DNA of 56,336 nucleotides from a virus (lineage: Duplodnaviria; Caudoviricetes): positions 1 through 56,336 of IMG/VR virus record IMGVR_UViG_3300032605_000023; one strand, written 5' to 3'. How positions within the stretch are numbered: the first letter of the stretch is position 1; every line of letters begins with the position of its first letter. The translations under genes and the position numbers were made by a program. The notes beneath the pieces are model-generated. The model searched no databases, had not been told where the DNA came from, and worked only from the letters and a program-made list of their open reading frames with translations. Positions 1 through 7,738 of this stretch are shown here, one piece after another.

Positions 1-557
1 CATAGACCTTCCTTCAAGACTCTAATCGAAAGATCAACGTCCTCATTGTATCTTCCACGCCATTTGTGTGGGCAAGAATTGTCAATCAAGAAACATGACA
101 TAATTCTGGTATTTAGAATATATGGCGCGTAAGGATAATCATCAACACAGAAAAATTTGTATTGGAGTCCTGCAAGAGCTACGTTTTCAAACCGATCTAC
201 AAAATCCTCTGCTGCTCTAAAGCATGCCGAACCTTTTTCAATACGATATCGTTTATTATTATGGAAACGCCAGAATTCATAGATATTGTCATCCATAAGC
301 CAATGACGTTTGAAACCATTAGCTTGAGAATGTTCCCAGCACCAATTTCTTGCAGGTCCAGAACCCTTACCATGATTTGAAAAGGGAAGTGTAAGAATCT
401 TTGTTGGCTCGATTACAGCAGCATAGTTATCATATTCTTGTGGTTCAACAACAATATAATATGGAACACCCATCCGTTCTAATGCTTTTGAGGTGTATCG
501 ACTATCCCAACGGCCTTTCGAAATAATATAAATTGGATATCGAGTATCATACATCAT
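1..557 (-). CDS. TET-associated/GREB1-like glycosyltransferase (putative DNA base glycosylation); 3' end runs off the window
   Basis: Not in the ORF track. Manual translation from ATG 557 gives MMYDTRYPIYIISKGRWDSRYTSKALERMGVPYYIVVEPQEY...GSGPARNWCWEHS...HWLMDDNI...LNTRIMSCFLIDN...WRGRYNEDVDLSIRVLKEG. The YPIYIxSKGR, ARN, DD and NEDxDL motifs are typical of this GT-A family. Confidence 0.8.
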   Translation of the reverse strand, partial: MMYDTRYPIYIISKGRWDSRYTSKALERMGVPYYIVVEPQEYDNYAAVIEPTKILTLPFSNHGKGSGPARNWCWEHSQANGFKRHWLMDDNIYEFWRFHNNKRYRIEKGSACFRAAEDFVDRFENVALAGLQYKFFCVDDYPYAPYILNTRIMSCFLIDNSCPHKWRGRYNEDVDLSIRVLKEGL

Positions 558-819
558 CTTCAATCCACTTCGAATCAATATTATTTTCTCGTTCCTTCAT
601 AGGAATCCATATAACATTTGTTTTTTCTGTAATCTTTTGCTCAACGAGTTCGGCAAAAGCATTACGATCTTCCATCGTTTTAAACTTCACAATAAGTTGT
701 TTATATGGTGACAAATCCTTAGTAACAAATGCTGGCATACCTGCGGCATACCATTGCATATATGGATTTCTCCATTCTTTCTGAAGGTGTTCGTGGTTTT
801 TTGCTTTTTCTTCAATCAT
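547..819 (-). CDS. Small conserved protein that typically accompanies TAGT-type glycosyltransferases
   Basis: GMPAF...IVKFKTMEDRNAFAELVEQKITEKTNVIWIP motif; overlaps the start of the glycosyltransferase gene. Confidence 0.6.
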   Translation of the reverse strand: MIEEKAKNHEHLQKEWRNPYMQWYAAGMPAFVTKDLSPYKQLIVKFKTMEDRNAFAELVEQKITEKTNVIWIPMKERENNIDSKWIEDDV

Positions 820-1124
820 TAATCACCTAGGAAATTTAAAATACCATTATCTTTTACTCTTGAATATACAAACTTCTTTAAAGAAGGAATGGGAACTTCA
901 TCAATTTTTTTCATAAACTTGATATAGTCTTCTTCATTAGTAAAATTTAGGTATAGATTTTGCCAATCCTCAGGGAATTCTGGATCAACAGGTTTTGGAA
1001 GAATTTCCGGTTTGAATTCCGATTCTTCTTTTAGGAAAGGAGAAAGTGATGATGATTTGACCAGTTCCTCTGCTTTGTAACCAACCAAATCATCATAGTC
1101 TTTTGAAGTATCTTTAATTTGCAT
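819..1124 (-). CDS. Hypothetical protein, apparent paralog of 547..819
   Basis: LYLNFTNEEDYIKFMKKI aligns with LIVKFKTMEDRNAFAELV. ATG at 1124 preferred over the track start at 1139. Confidence 0.55.
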   Translation of the reverse strand: MQIKDTSKDYDDLVGYKAEELVKSSSLSPFLKEESEFKPEILPKPVDPEFPEDWQNLYLNFTNEEDYIKFMKKIDEVPIPSLKKFVYSRVKDNGILNFLGD

Positions 1125-1151
1125 TTTTACCCACCGCAACTTATATAAGTG

Positions 1152-1180
1152 AATATATCACGGTTGAACAAGTTTGTCAA
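1152..1180 (-). promoter_or_regulatory. sigma70-type early promoter
   Basis: TTGACA-17 nt-TATATT on the minus strand, in the intergenic gap upstream of the glycosyltransferase cluster. Confidence 0.7.
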
Positions 1181-1189
1181 CTTCTTTAT

Positions 1190-1558
1190 TTAGAACTTCT
1201 TGCCACCAGACTTTTCACGATTTGCAAGTTGATGATCTGCACGGACTGAATTGTAAGCATGCTTTTCAGCAATCGCAGAACCTAGATCTAGCCCTTCACG
1301 ACCAGCAAGATCAAAAATACGAATGACAGCATCTGCCAATTCTACTTCAAGCATCTTTCGATGGGTAAGATGATCGTCAAATAAATCCTTTCTAGCACCT
1401 TCAAGTGCTTCAGAAATTTCAGAATGAATTAGAGCAAGCATAGTACCAATTTCACGTGGCTTATTATGCCAACCCATATGTGATGCCTGACCATAAAGTC
1501 GTGCCTGAATGCTCTGAAGTGCGGCAATTTCATCTTGTGTCAAAAGAAAGTCACTCAT
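1190..1558 (-). CDS. mazG: MazG-like nucleotide pyrophosphohydrolase
   Basis: LALIHSEISEALEG...EVELADAVIRIFDLAG (ExxE...ExxD motif of all-alpha NTP-PPases). Confidence 0.8.
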   Translation of the reverse strand: MSDFLLTQDEIAALQSIQARLYGQASHMGWHNKPREIGTMLALIHSEISEALEGARKDLFDDHLTHRKMLEVELADAVIRIFDLAGREGLDLGSAIAEKHAYNSVRADHQLANREKSGGKKF

Positions 1559-1570
1559 TATAATCTCCTA

Positions 1571-1840
1571 TTAAATCTTTGTAGCAATAATTTGTTCAAG
1601 TGTGTTTAGACATTGAAGAAGTAAAATTTTCATTTCAAGTTCATCTGAAAGTTCAGCAATCTTTACTGTTGAAATCATATCTTGCAAAAGGTCAGAATAT
1701 TCTTCTTTTGTGATAGTTCCTTCATCAAATTGAGTCTTGTAAAGAAGTGCTTTTGATGCATTGTCTGAAATGATAGCAGTAGTATTTAGCTGTAACTTTT
1801 TAAGTACTGATTGTGTTATATCAATAGTTGAATTACTCAT
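1571..1840 (-). CDS. Hypothetical helical protein
   Basis: 89-aa ORF translationally coupled to the upstream lipoprotein gene. Confidence 0.6.
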   Translation of the reverse strand: MSNSTIDITQSVLKKLQLNTTAIISDNASKALLYKTQFDEGTITKEEYSDLLQDMISTVKIAELSDELEMKILLLQCLNTLEQIIATKI

Positions 1841-2262
1841 TATTTTTTCTTCCCTTCACTTTTCAGAATCAAAAGTAATGACTTATTGATATTTTGAAAT
1901 TTATCAATGCAATACGTATTTGTCATAGTAGTTTTTGATATAGTTTCAAAACGTCTAACTTCATCCGAAAGATTTAAAAGCATTTCACTAATTTCAACAT
2001 CACCGTGACCGATACTGTCGATTCTAGCATATGCAATATTTGTTTTCAATTCATTTAAGGTTGATGCCACATTTTCAGGTTTAGAACAAATGGTTGATGC
2101 ATCATCAGTTGTTACTGCCATAGTAACAAACCTATCATAATTCTTTTGATTAAAAGTTGGTGTAATATTTGTCGTGCATGAAGATACAAACAGTGTTGTT
2201 GTCAGACACATCAGCAACAATAAAAATACACATAGTTCTTCAAAAGAAACTTTATAGTTCAT
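1840..2262 (-). CDS. Putative lipoprotein
   Basis: Hydrophobic N-terminal stretch followed by lipobox-like FVSS-C. Confidence 0.5.
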   Translation of the reverse strand: MNYKVSFEELCVFLLLLMCLTTTLFVSSCTTNITPTFNQKNYDRFVTMAVTTDDASTICSKPENVASTLNELKTNIAYARIDSIGHGDVEISEMLLNLSDEVRRFETISKTTMTNTYCIDKFQNINKSLLLILKSEGKKK

Positions 2263-2446
2263 CTAGATATTCTTTAACTAAGGTTTTCATGGATTCAGCA
2301 CCAATCACCGCACTATACATACGCATCGATGTAGTAAGCATGATACTTGCCAAAGCCAATAAATCATTGGGATTATCACACATCATGATTTGTCGGTCGA
2401 TGGGTTCCATAAGTTCAATCATTCTATCTGAAATATTATCCTTCAT
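2252..2446 (-). CDS. Hypothetical protein
   Basis: 64-aa ORF in the tightly packed minus-strand run. Confidence 0.6.
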   Translation of the reverse strand: MKDNISDRMIELMEPIDRQIMMCDNPNDLLALASIMLTTSMRMYSAVIGAESMKTLVKEYLDEL

Positions 2447-2591
2447 TTTTTACAACTCCATTAGCAGCATCAATAATAGTTTTCATAATTCCAATTTCAG
2501 CAAATATAAGCATTGTTTCACGATCCATATCTATTGTAAGAATAACAGATCCATCATCTTTATCTTCTATATTCACAATATCAAATTTCAT
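2436..2591 (-). CDS. Hypothetical protein (51 aa)
   Basis: Below the track cut-off. MKFDIVNIEDKDDGSVILTIDMDRETMLIFAEIGIMKTIIDAANGVVKNEG fills the gap and overlaps both neighbours. Confidence 0.6.
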   Translation of the reverse strand: MKFDIVNIEDKDDGSVILTIDMDRETMLIFAEIGIMKTIIDAANGVVKNEG

Positions 2592-3123
2592 TGTTCATAA
2601 TCCATTCTGGTGTTTCACGATTTTTCCAACTATGAATATGTTTCTTACCAACTTTATAATAGTTCCGATAGTTTTCTATTACATTATCTGAAACTATGTA
2701 TTCCTTGGCCATACAAGATGGTGCTGGGGTAATATTCCATTCTTTTAGATTTAACGGAGGAGATTGAAGAATAAAGCCCATATCAGAACATTTGTGCTTC
2801 TTGTTATACCTGTAGGTATATTCATCAAGCAGAGCAAAGAAATGTTCCACAAGCCATGAATAATTTTCAACAGATTCACGACACCAAATAGCACATGGAT
2901 GATTTACATGTGTTGCCTTATACATTTGTGTTTCTCGTTCATCAAACAAAGACCACAATTTCCGTTTCCGACCATTGATTGATGCTTGGGATTCCTTCCC
3001 GTCAAGCAGACGATGTGCTGTTGATAAAAGTTGTGCTGATTCCAGGATCATTTTTACAACGTGTTTATCGACCATCCATCGTGCTGCTTGAACAGGATTT
3101 GAATCAAGCATAAAAATATTCAT
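2581..3123 (-). CDS. Pyrimidine-dimer DNA glycosylase/endonuclease V family protein
   Basis: MNIFxLD...DKHVVKMILESAQLLSTAH...YKATHVNHPCAIW...YRNYY...WKNRETPEW pattern of the DenV-related family. Confidence 0.75.
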   Translation of the reverse strand: MNIFMLDSNPVQAARWMVDKHVVKMILESAQLLSTAHRLLDGKESQASINGRKRKLWSLFDERETQMYKATHVNHPCAIWCRESVENYSWLVEHFFALLDEYTYRYNKKHKCSDMGFILQSPPLNLKEWNITPAPSCMAKEYIVSDNVIENYRNYYKVGKKHIHSWKNRETPEWIMNNEI

Positions 3124-3494
3124 TATAGATAATCAAGCTCATTGAAACCATAGTATTCACGATTTTGATTGGTCTTCCAATTTTGTGCAAATTCTAAAGC
3201 ACCATCTTCAGAATCAAAAGCAGTTTTAAGATGTTCCTCATCTATAAAATATCTGTGAAAACCTTTTGAGGATTCGTTGTATTCTTGAAAACAATATTCT
3301 GTGGAAATTTCACCATCCGTTTCAACTACAATGGATATTGAAACAATATCCATTAAAAATGCTGAAGCACAAAGAACTAGCGTCGATTTTGTATAAATCT
3401 CACCATTTACTTCAATTTTATCTACATTCATATCGTTGAAAACACGGGGAAACCACAACGAATTGCCGATACTGTATTTAGTTTTAATTTCCAT
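3123..3494 (-). CDS. Hypothetical protein
   Basis: 123-aa ORF directly downstream of a sigma70 promoter. Confidence 0.6.
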   Translation of the reverse strand: MEIKTKYSIGNSLWFPRVFNDMNVDKIEVNGEIYTKSTLVLCASAFLMDIVSISIVVETDGEISTEYCFQEYNESSKGFHRYFIDEEHLKTAFDSEDGALEFAQNWKTNQNREYYGFNELDYL

Positions 3495-3524
3495 AATATG
3501 ATTCCATCAAGTTATTCATAATGT

Positions 3525-3553
3525 ATAATATACCATATTTGAATTTTTGTCAA
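3525..3553 (-). promoter_or_regulatory. sigma70-type early promoter
   Basis: TTGACA-17 nt-TATTAT on the minus strand. Confidence 0.7.
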
Positions 3554-3810
3554 CTAATTTCCCACGCATAATGAAGCGCACAGAAATCTTCAATGCAATT
3601 TTCTTCTGTAATAAGTTTAGAATCTTTTCCCATTTTATTGGCCATTCTTTTACGCCAAATTGGATAATAAGTTTCTAAAATATAAGTTTCAGATACCAAC
3701 TTCTGACCTTCAAGATCATCATATCTGAAAAGTCTTACCTGAACGTCAAAAACTCCAGGGAACTTTTTTTCTTGGCCATATCGAATTGGAGCTTGCTGCA
3801 TGTTTTCCAA
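3550..3810 (-). CDS. Hypothetical protein (start uncertain)
   Basis: ORF filling the gap after the deformylase-like gene; its 5' part overlaps that gene. Confidence 0.5.
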   Translation of the reverse strand: MENMQQAPIRYGQEKKFPGVFDVQVRLFRYDDLEGQKLVSETYILETYYPIWRKRMANKMGKDSKLITEENCIEDFCALHYAWEIS

Positions 3811-4229
3811 AATCTTTCTCCTTCTAAAAAATCCATATTATGTTGAAATACTCTTGCACTTAGACCTGTAAATGTTTCAGTTCTTATTTCTCCATTTGGT
3901 GTAGCAAATCTTACCTTTACATGCTGTGGTCTGGAAACTTTGCAAATAAAATCAGGATATGTAGCTGAAGTTTCCTCAAGAACTATTGTTTCTGCAGAAG
4001 GCATCACAATTCTTGGATTATACATAACATAATTTTCAGGTGCACCTCTCATTGCAAAAACTCTATAGGGAATTCCTACCTGAATACCAGCAACACAAAT
4101 GATATTGTTATCATACACAAATCTTATGAGTTTTTGTGAATATTCAATCGGATCAAAAGGTGGATCGTTAAAGTCAAATACTTTACTTTTTTCTTTAAGA
4201 ATTGGATCTTTATAATCAACTAATTTCAT
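3735..4229 (-). CDS. Peptide deformylase-fold protein with degenerate active site
   Basis: PDF scaffold is clear (DPILK, QVGIPYRVF, NPRI, VSRPQHVKVRF, GLSARVFQH), but the motifs read ICVAGIQ, EETSAT and QHNMDF instead of GxGxAAxQ, EGCLS and QHExDH. Confidence 0.8.
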   Translation of the reverse strand: MKLVDYKDPILKEKSKVFDFNDPPFDPIEYSQKLIRFVYDNNIICVAGIQVGIPYRVFAMRGAPENYVMYNPRIVMPSAETIVLEETSATYPDFICKVSRPQHVKVRFATPNGEIRTETFTGLSARVFQHNMDFLEGERFWKTCSKLQFDMAKKKSSLEFLTFR

Positions 4230-5941
4230 GCTGCATCCTCCATATGACTAAAATTACTTTTCTTTGAAAATTTGATAACAGTGTTGAATCTATCTAGCAT
4301 TTGTTCTTTGTGTGATATAACATATAAGTTTGTGTCAGTTCCTTGACTTTGAATGATAGACATAAGTTGATCTACACCAGCGGCATCAATCGAGGAATCA
4401 AATATTTCATCTAGGATGAGAAGATTTGTCGAAAGAGAATTCCTCATCTTTGCTATAGCTCTCCAAGTAAAGAGAATAGCAAGATTGATTCTCTGTTTCT
4501 CACCTTCCGAGAAAGATGCATAACTAAATTCATCCCGATGACGAGATTTGATGGTTTCCTCAAATTGATTGTTAATTTCAAATTGACAATGGAAATCCAT
4601 AATTGAAAGATATTTTGTAATCAACTTATTGATAATAGGAACATACTGATTTATGATAGTAGTTTTAATACCAGAATCTTTTAGAAGAATTCCTGCTGTT
4701 GCAAGTACCTTCTTTTCTTCTTGATATTCGTTATAGACTGTTGAGGCTTCCATGAATTGCTTTTCATAATCAACTATTCTATCATTTGATTCTGTTTTGA
4801 TGCTATCCTTAATTGATACTATATCCTTTTTATTTTGAGATATTTGCATATCAGCATGCTTTATCTCAAGGATTTGCATGGAAATCAAACTGTTCAAAGA
4901 ATCTATAGTCTTTGAAATTTCTTGTATTTCCAAAAGTCTTGTTTCAATCGAAGCTTGTGTTTCCGATAGTTTCTCTAGACCTTCTTTCAGTTCAGAAAGT
5001 TTTGAAGTTTTATCTTCAATGGAATCACAACGAAAGTGTTTCTCGATAGATTGCTTACAAGTTGGACAACTTTCATTATTTTCTAGAAACTTGATTTCAC
5101 TTTCAATGATAGCAAGTTTTGTGTCAATTTGATTCTTGTATACATTTAAGGCTTTTAGTTTCTTTTCCAGAGATGCTTTGTCCTTGATTAGTTCCTCATT
5201 CTTTTCAATTTCCATTCTATGCTTTTCAATTACTTCACTTGCAAGAAGTTTGGCTTTTTCAAGATTAGAGTTTTTTTCAACCAGTTGTTCAATTTTCTTT
5301 TCATTACTAGAAGATTGTTCACGAAGATGTTCCTGAACTATCTTTATTTTTTCTTTGACCAAAATGACTTTCTGATCTGCTTCACAAATATTTTCAAGAT
5401 TTTCTTGAATTTGTTCTTTTAATATAATATTCATGGTAGTGAATATCTGAAGATCAAGTAAATCTTCAATGATGGATCTACGTTGTGCAGCAGGTAATTG
5501 CATAAATGGAATGAATGAAGCCGAACCTAAAACCACTACCTGACAGAATGATTTGTAGTTAATCTTGAGAATATTCTTCTCAACAATTTCCTGATAGTCA
5601 CGAACATCAGAAGATTGATTGACTAGAACATCATTTTTATATACTTCAAAGATTACCGGTTTTAAGCCACGAATAATCTTATAAGCATCAGCACCAGAAT
5701 CAAATTCAACCTCAACTACAGCATCCTTTTTAATAATAGAATTTATAAGTTGAGGTTTGTTAATATTCCGGAAAGGTTTGCCAAATAGTGCAAATGTAAG
5801 AGCATCAAGAAATGTTGATTTCCCAGACCCATTTGAACCAATGATAAGTGTCGTTCCATTTCTGTCAAGTTCTAATTCTGTAAATTGGTTTCCGGTTGAC
5901 AGAAAATTCTTCCATCGAATCCGTCGAAATAGTATAGACAT
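4226..5941 (-). CDS. gp46: Recombination endonuclease subunit, Rad50/SbcC-like ATPase
   Basis: WKNFLSTGN, Walker A GSNGSGKST, zinc hook CPTC, signature FSEGEK, Walker B LILDE. Confidence 0.97.
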   Translation of the reverse strand: MSILFRRIRWKNFLSTGNQFTELELDRNGTTLIIGSNGSGKSTFLDALTFALFGKPFRNINKPQLINSIIKKDAVVEVEFDSGADAYKIIRGLKPVIFEVYKNDVLVNQSSDVRDYQEIVEKNILKINYKSFCQVVVLGSASFIPFMQLPAAQRRSIIEDLLDLQIFTTMNIILKEQIQENLENICEADQKVILVKEKIKIVQEHLREQSSSNEKKIEQLVEKNSNLEKAKLLASEVIEKHRMEIEKNEELIKDKASLEKKLKALNVYKNQIDTKLAIIESEIKFLENNESCPTCKQSIEKHFRCDSIEDKTSKLSELKEGLEKLSETQASIETRLLEIQEISKTIDSLNSLISMQILEIKHADMQISQNKKDIVSIKDSIKTESNDRIVDYEKQFMEASTVYNEYQEEKKVLATAGILLKDSGIKTTIINQYVPIINKLITKYLSIMDFHCQFEINNQFEETIKSRHRDEFSYASFSEGEKQRINLAILFTWRAIAKMRNSLSTNLLILDEIFDSSIDAAGVDQLMSIIQSQGTDTNLYVISHKEQMLDRFNTVIKFSKKSNFSHMEDAA

Positions 5942-6993
5942 TAGAGATTTGATGCCTTGATATAAAGATCTTCCATTTTCTTTTCGAGCTTCTCTGGTGA
6001 AATAGAAGTGGTGTTGATTTGTCTAATATAGTTTTTAAAAATATCCCATGTATTTTCAGCAGAAGTAGTAATTTCCGAATCTTCTATGGTGCTCATATTA
6101 AGATGATCATCGACAATTTGCATGTCAGTCACACCTGTCTTTTCTATGCGTTCACAGAACATATCAAACCAATATGGGTTATTTTTATTTTTTACTATAA
6201 CTTTGCAAATAGTATTTTTATATAGTTCAAAATCTATTTCCAAAAGATTAGCAAGAGTAGTATCTGTGTCATCATATACTACCTTCTCGAACATTTTATA
6301 TGGATTCTCTATAAATGTCAACTCCCTTTTTTCCGTATCCAATACATGAAATCCTCTAGAATCTCCATAATCGGACCAAGTAAATTGAGCATGAGAACCA
6401 AGATAAAATATAGAACCATCACTGGAACGGTGATGATAATGACCAGAGCAAGTAAGATCAAACTTGTCAAACATTTTACGATCATCGCCATGAGTAGCAA
6501 CACTATCTCGATACATTTGAAAACCTTCAAGTTCGAGATGCCCAAGACAGATTGAAGCTTGTGTTTTATTGATTGCATCATATGTTTCATTCCTATTTTC
6601 TTGACATATCCATGGCACCAAAAGTATTTTTGTGTCATCAAAAATTACCTCTTGGGCACTATCATATACTTGATAATCACCACAGAATTCTCTAACTGCA
6701 TTTACTCTGTTAGTATTTTTAAAGAAACAATCATGGTTTCCTAAAATTTGATGATAATCAAGTTTCCTTGCTCGAATGGGATCAATATAATCTTCTCTCA
6801 TTCGATATGCAGTATGAGAATTTGTATACTTCCTACGATCCAGAAGATCACCAAGATGTATTACAGTATCAATCTGATGCTTATCTAGATAAGGAAAAAA
6901 GATATTATCCAAAAATTTCTTGGTGTTATCAAGAAATGCTATATTATCTGAACGGACACCCCAATGAGTATCCGTAATTAATCCGATCCGCAT
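5941..6993 (-). CDS. gp47: Recombination endonuclease subunit, Mre11/SbcD-like nuclease
   Basis: TDTH, HLGD, GNHD and SGHYH phosphoesterase motifs; adjacent to gp46. Confidence 0.97.
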   Translation of the reverse strand: MRIGLITDTHWGVRSDNIAFLDNTKKFLDNIFFPYLDKHQIDTVIHLGDLLDRRKYTNSHTAYRMREDYIDPIRARKLDYHQILGNHDCFFKNTNRVNAVREFCGDYQVYDSAQEVIFDDTKILLVPWICQENRNETYDAINKTQASICLGHLELEGFQMYRDSVATHGDDRKMFDKFDLTCSGHYHHRSSDGSIFYLGSHAQFTWSDYGDSRGFHVLDTEKRELTFIENPYKMFEKVVYDDTDTTLANLLEIDFELYKNTICKVIVKNKNNPYWFDMFCERIEKTGVTDMQIVDDHLNMSTIEDSEITTSAENTWDIFKNYIRQINTTSISPEKLEKKMEDLYIKASNL

Positions 6994-7166
6994 TACCGAC
7001 GTGACTTTTTTTGTTCCAAGTTCTTTCTTAAAGCAGTATCACAGAATTCCCTGATGGCTTTCACACGATCCTCAAAATTTGATTTAATAGTAGAATTGTT
7101 ATTTTCATCTGACATACCGATTACTGCATCAATGACAGCTTGTGGGACAAGATGTGAATTTTTCAT
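6993..7166 (-). CDS. Hypothetical protein (57 aa)
   Basis: MKNSHLVPQAVIDAVIG...AIREFCDTALRKNLEQKKSRR; ATGA and TAATG overlaps with gp55 and gp47. Confidence 0.65.
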   Translation of the reverse strand: MKNSHLVPQAVIDAVIGMSDENNNSTIKSNFEDRVKAIREFCDTALRKNLEQKKSRR

Positions 7167-7684
7167 TCTGAATCTCCAGACATAAATTTTTCTATACCAG
7201 TAGTCACTATAACATTTTTATTGACTTTTGTCAACTGTTTTTCTTCAAAACTACGTATAATTTCGTCCGAAGCTTCATTTGAATCAATTTGAAAAGTGTT
7301 ATGAACATCAGAAAGCATGAGGTGTTGTAAATTTTTATGCTTAAGATAAGTTTGTTTCTTCTCTTTTGCAATTCTTCTTAAAAAAGCATTCCATGCAATT
7401 TGGGTAAAATATGCAAATGGATTCTCTGTTTTTGAAGGATCAAAACTTTTAATTGAAGCAATACAGTTTTCAATCCCATCATCGACCATTTCATCTCTAA
7501 AAGTATATCCAGAGAAGTTAGGTTTTAAAGAAAGTCTTTCACAAATTTTTGATATACAAATTCCAATGTAATCAGGAATTTTCGGAAGATCATTTGATTC
7601 TTTTATTTTTTCATTATATTTCACCAAAGCATCATATAAATCTCGATTGTTAACGTAGTGCCGTGGGGTAGACTTACTTTTCAT
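7163..7684 (-). CDS. gp55: Late-transcription sigma factor
   Basis: HYVNN, PNFSGYTFRDEMVDDGIENC, NPFAYFTQIAWNAFLRRIAKEKKQ. Confidence 0.96.
   Translation of the reverse strand: MKSKSTPRHYVNNRDLYDALVKYNEKIKESNDLPKIPDYIGICISKICERLSLKPNFSGYTFRDEMVDDGIENCIASIKSFDPSKTENPFAYFTQIAWNAFLRRIAKEKKQTYLKHKNLQHLMLSDVHNTFQIDSNEASDEIIRSFEEKQLTKVNKNVIVTTGIEKFMSGDSE
7206..7234 (-). promoter_or_regulatory. sigma70-type promoter inside the 3' end of gp55, positioned to drive gp47-gp46
   Basis: TTGACA-17 nt-TATAGT on the minus strand. Confidence 0.65.
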
Positions 7685-7685
7685 A

Positions 7686-7713
7686 TTGACAAATCCTTCA
7701 CTGATGGTATAAT
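7686..7713 (+). promoter_or_regulatory. Antisense sigma70-type promoter over the gp55 translation start region
   Basis: TTGACA-16 nt-TATAAT with TGn extension (GATGGTATAAT); points into uvsW with no plus-strand gene downstream. Confidence 0.6.
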
Positions 7714-7738
7714 GGTTCCTGAGGAAAACAATAAAGAG

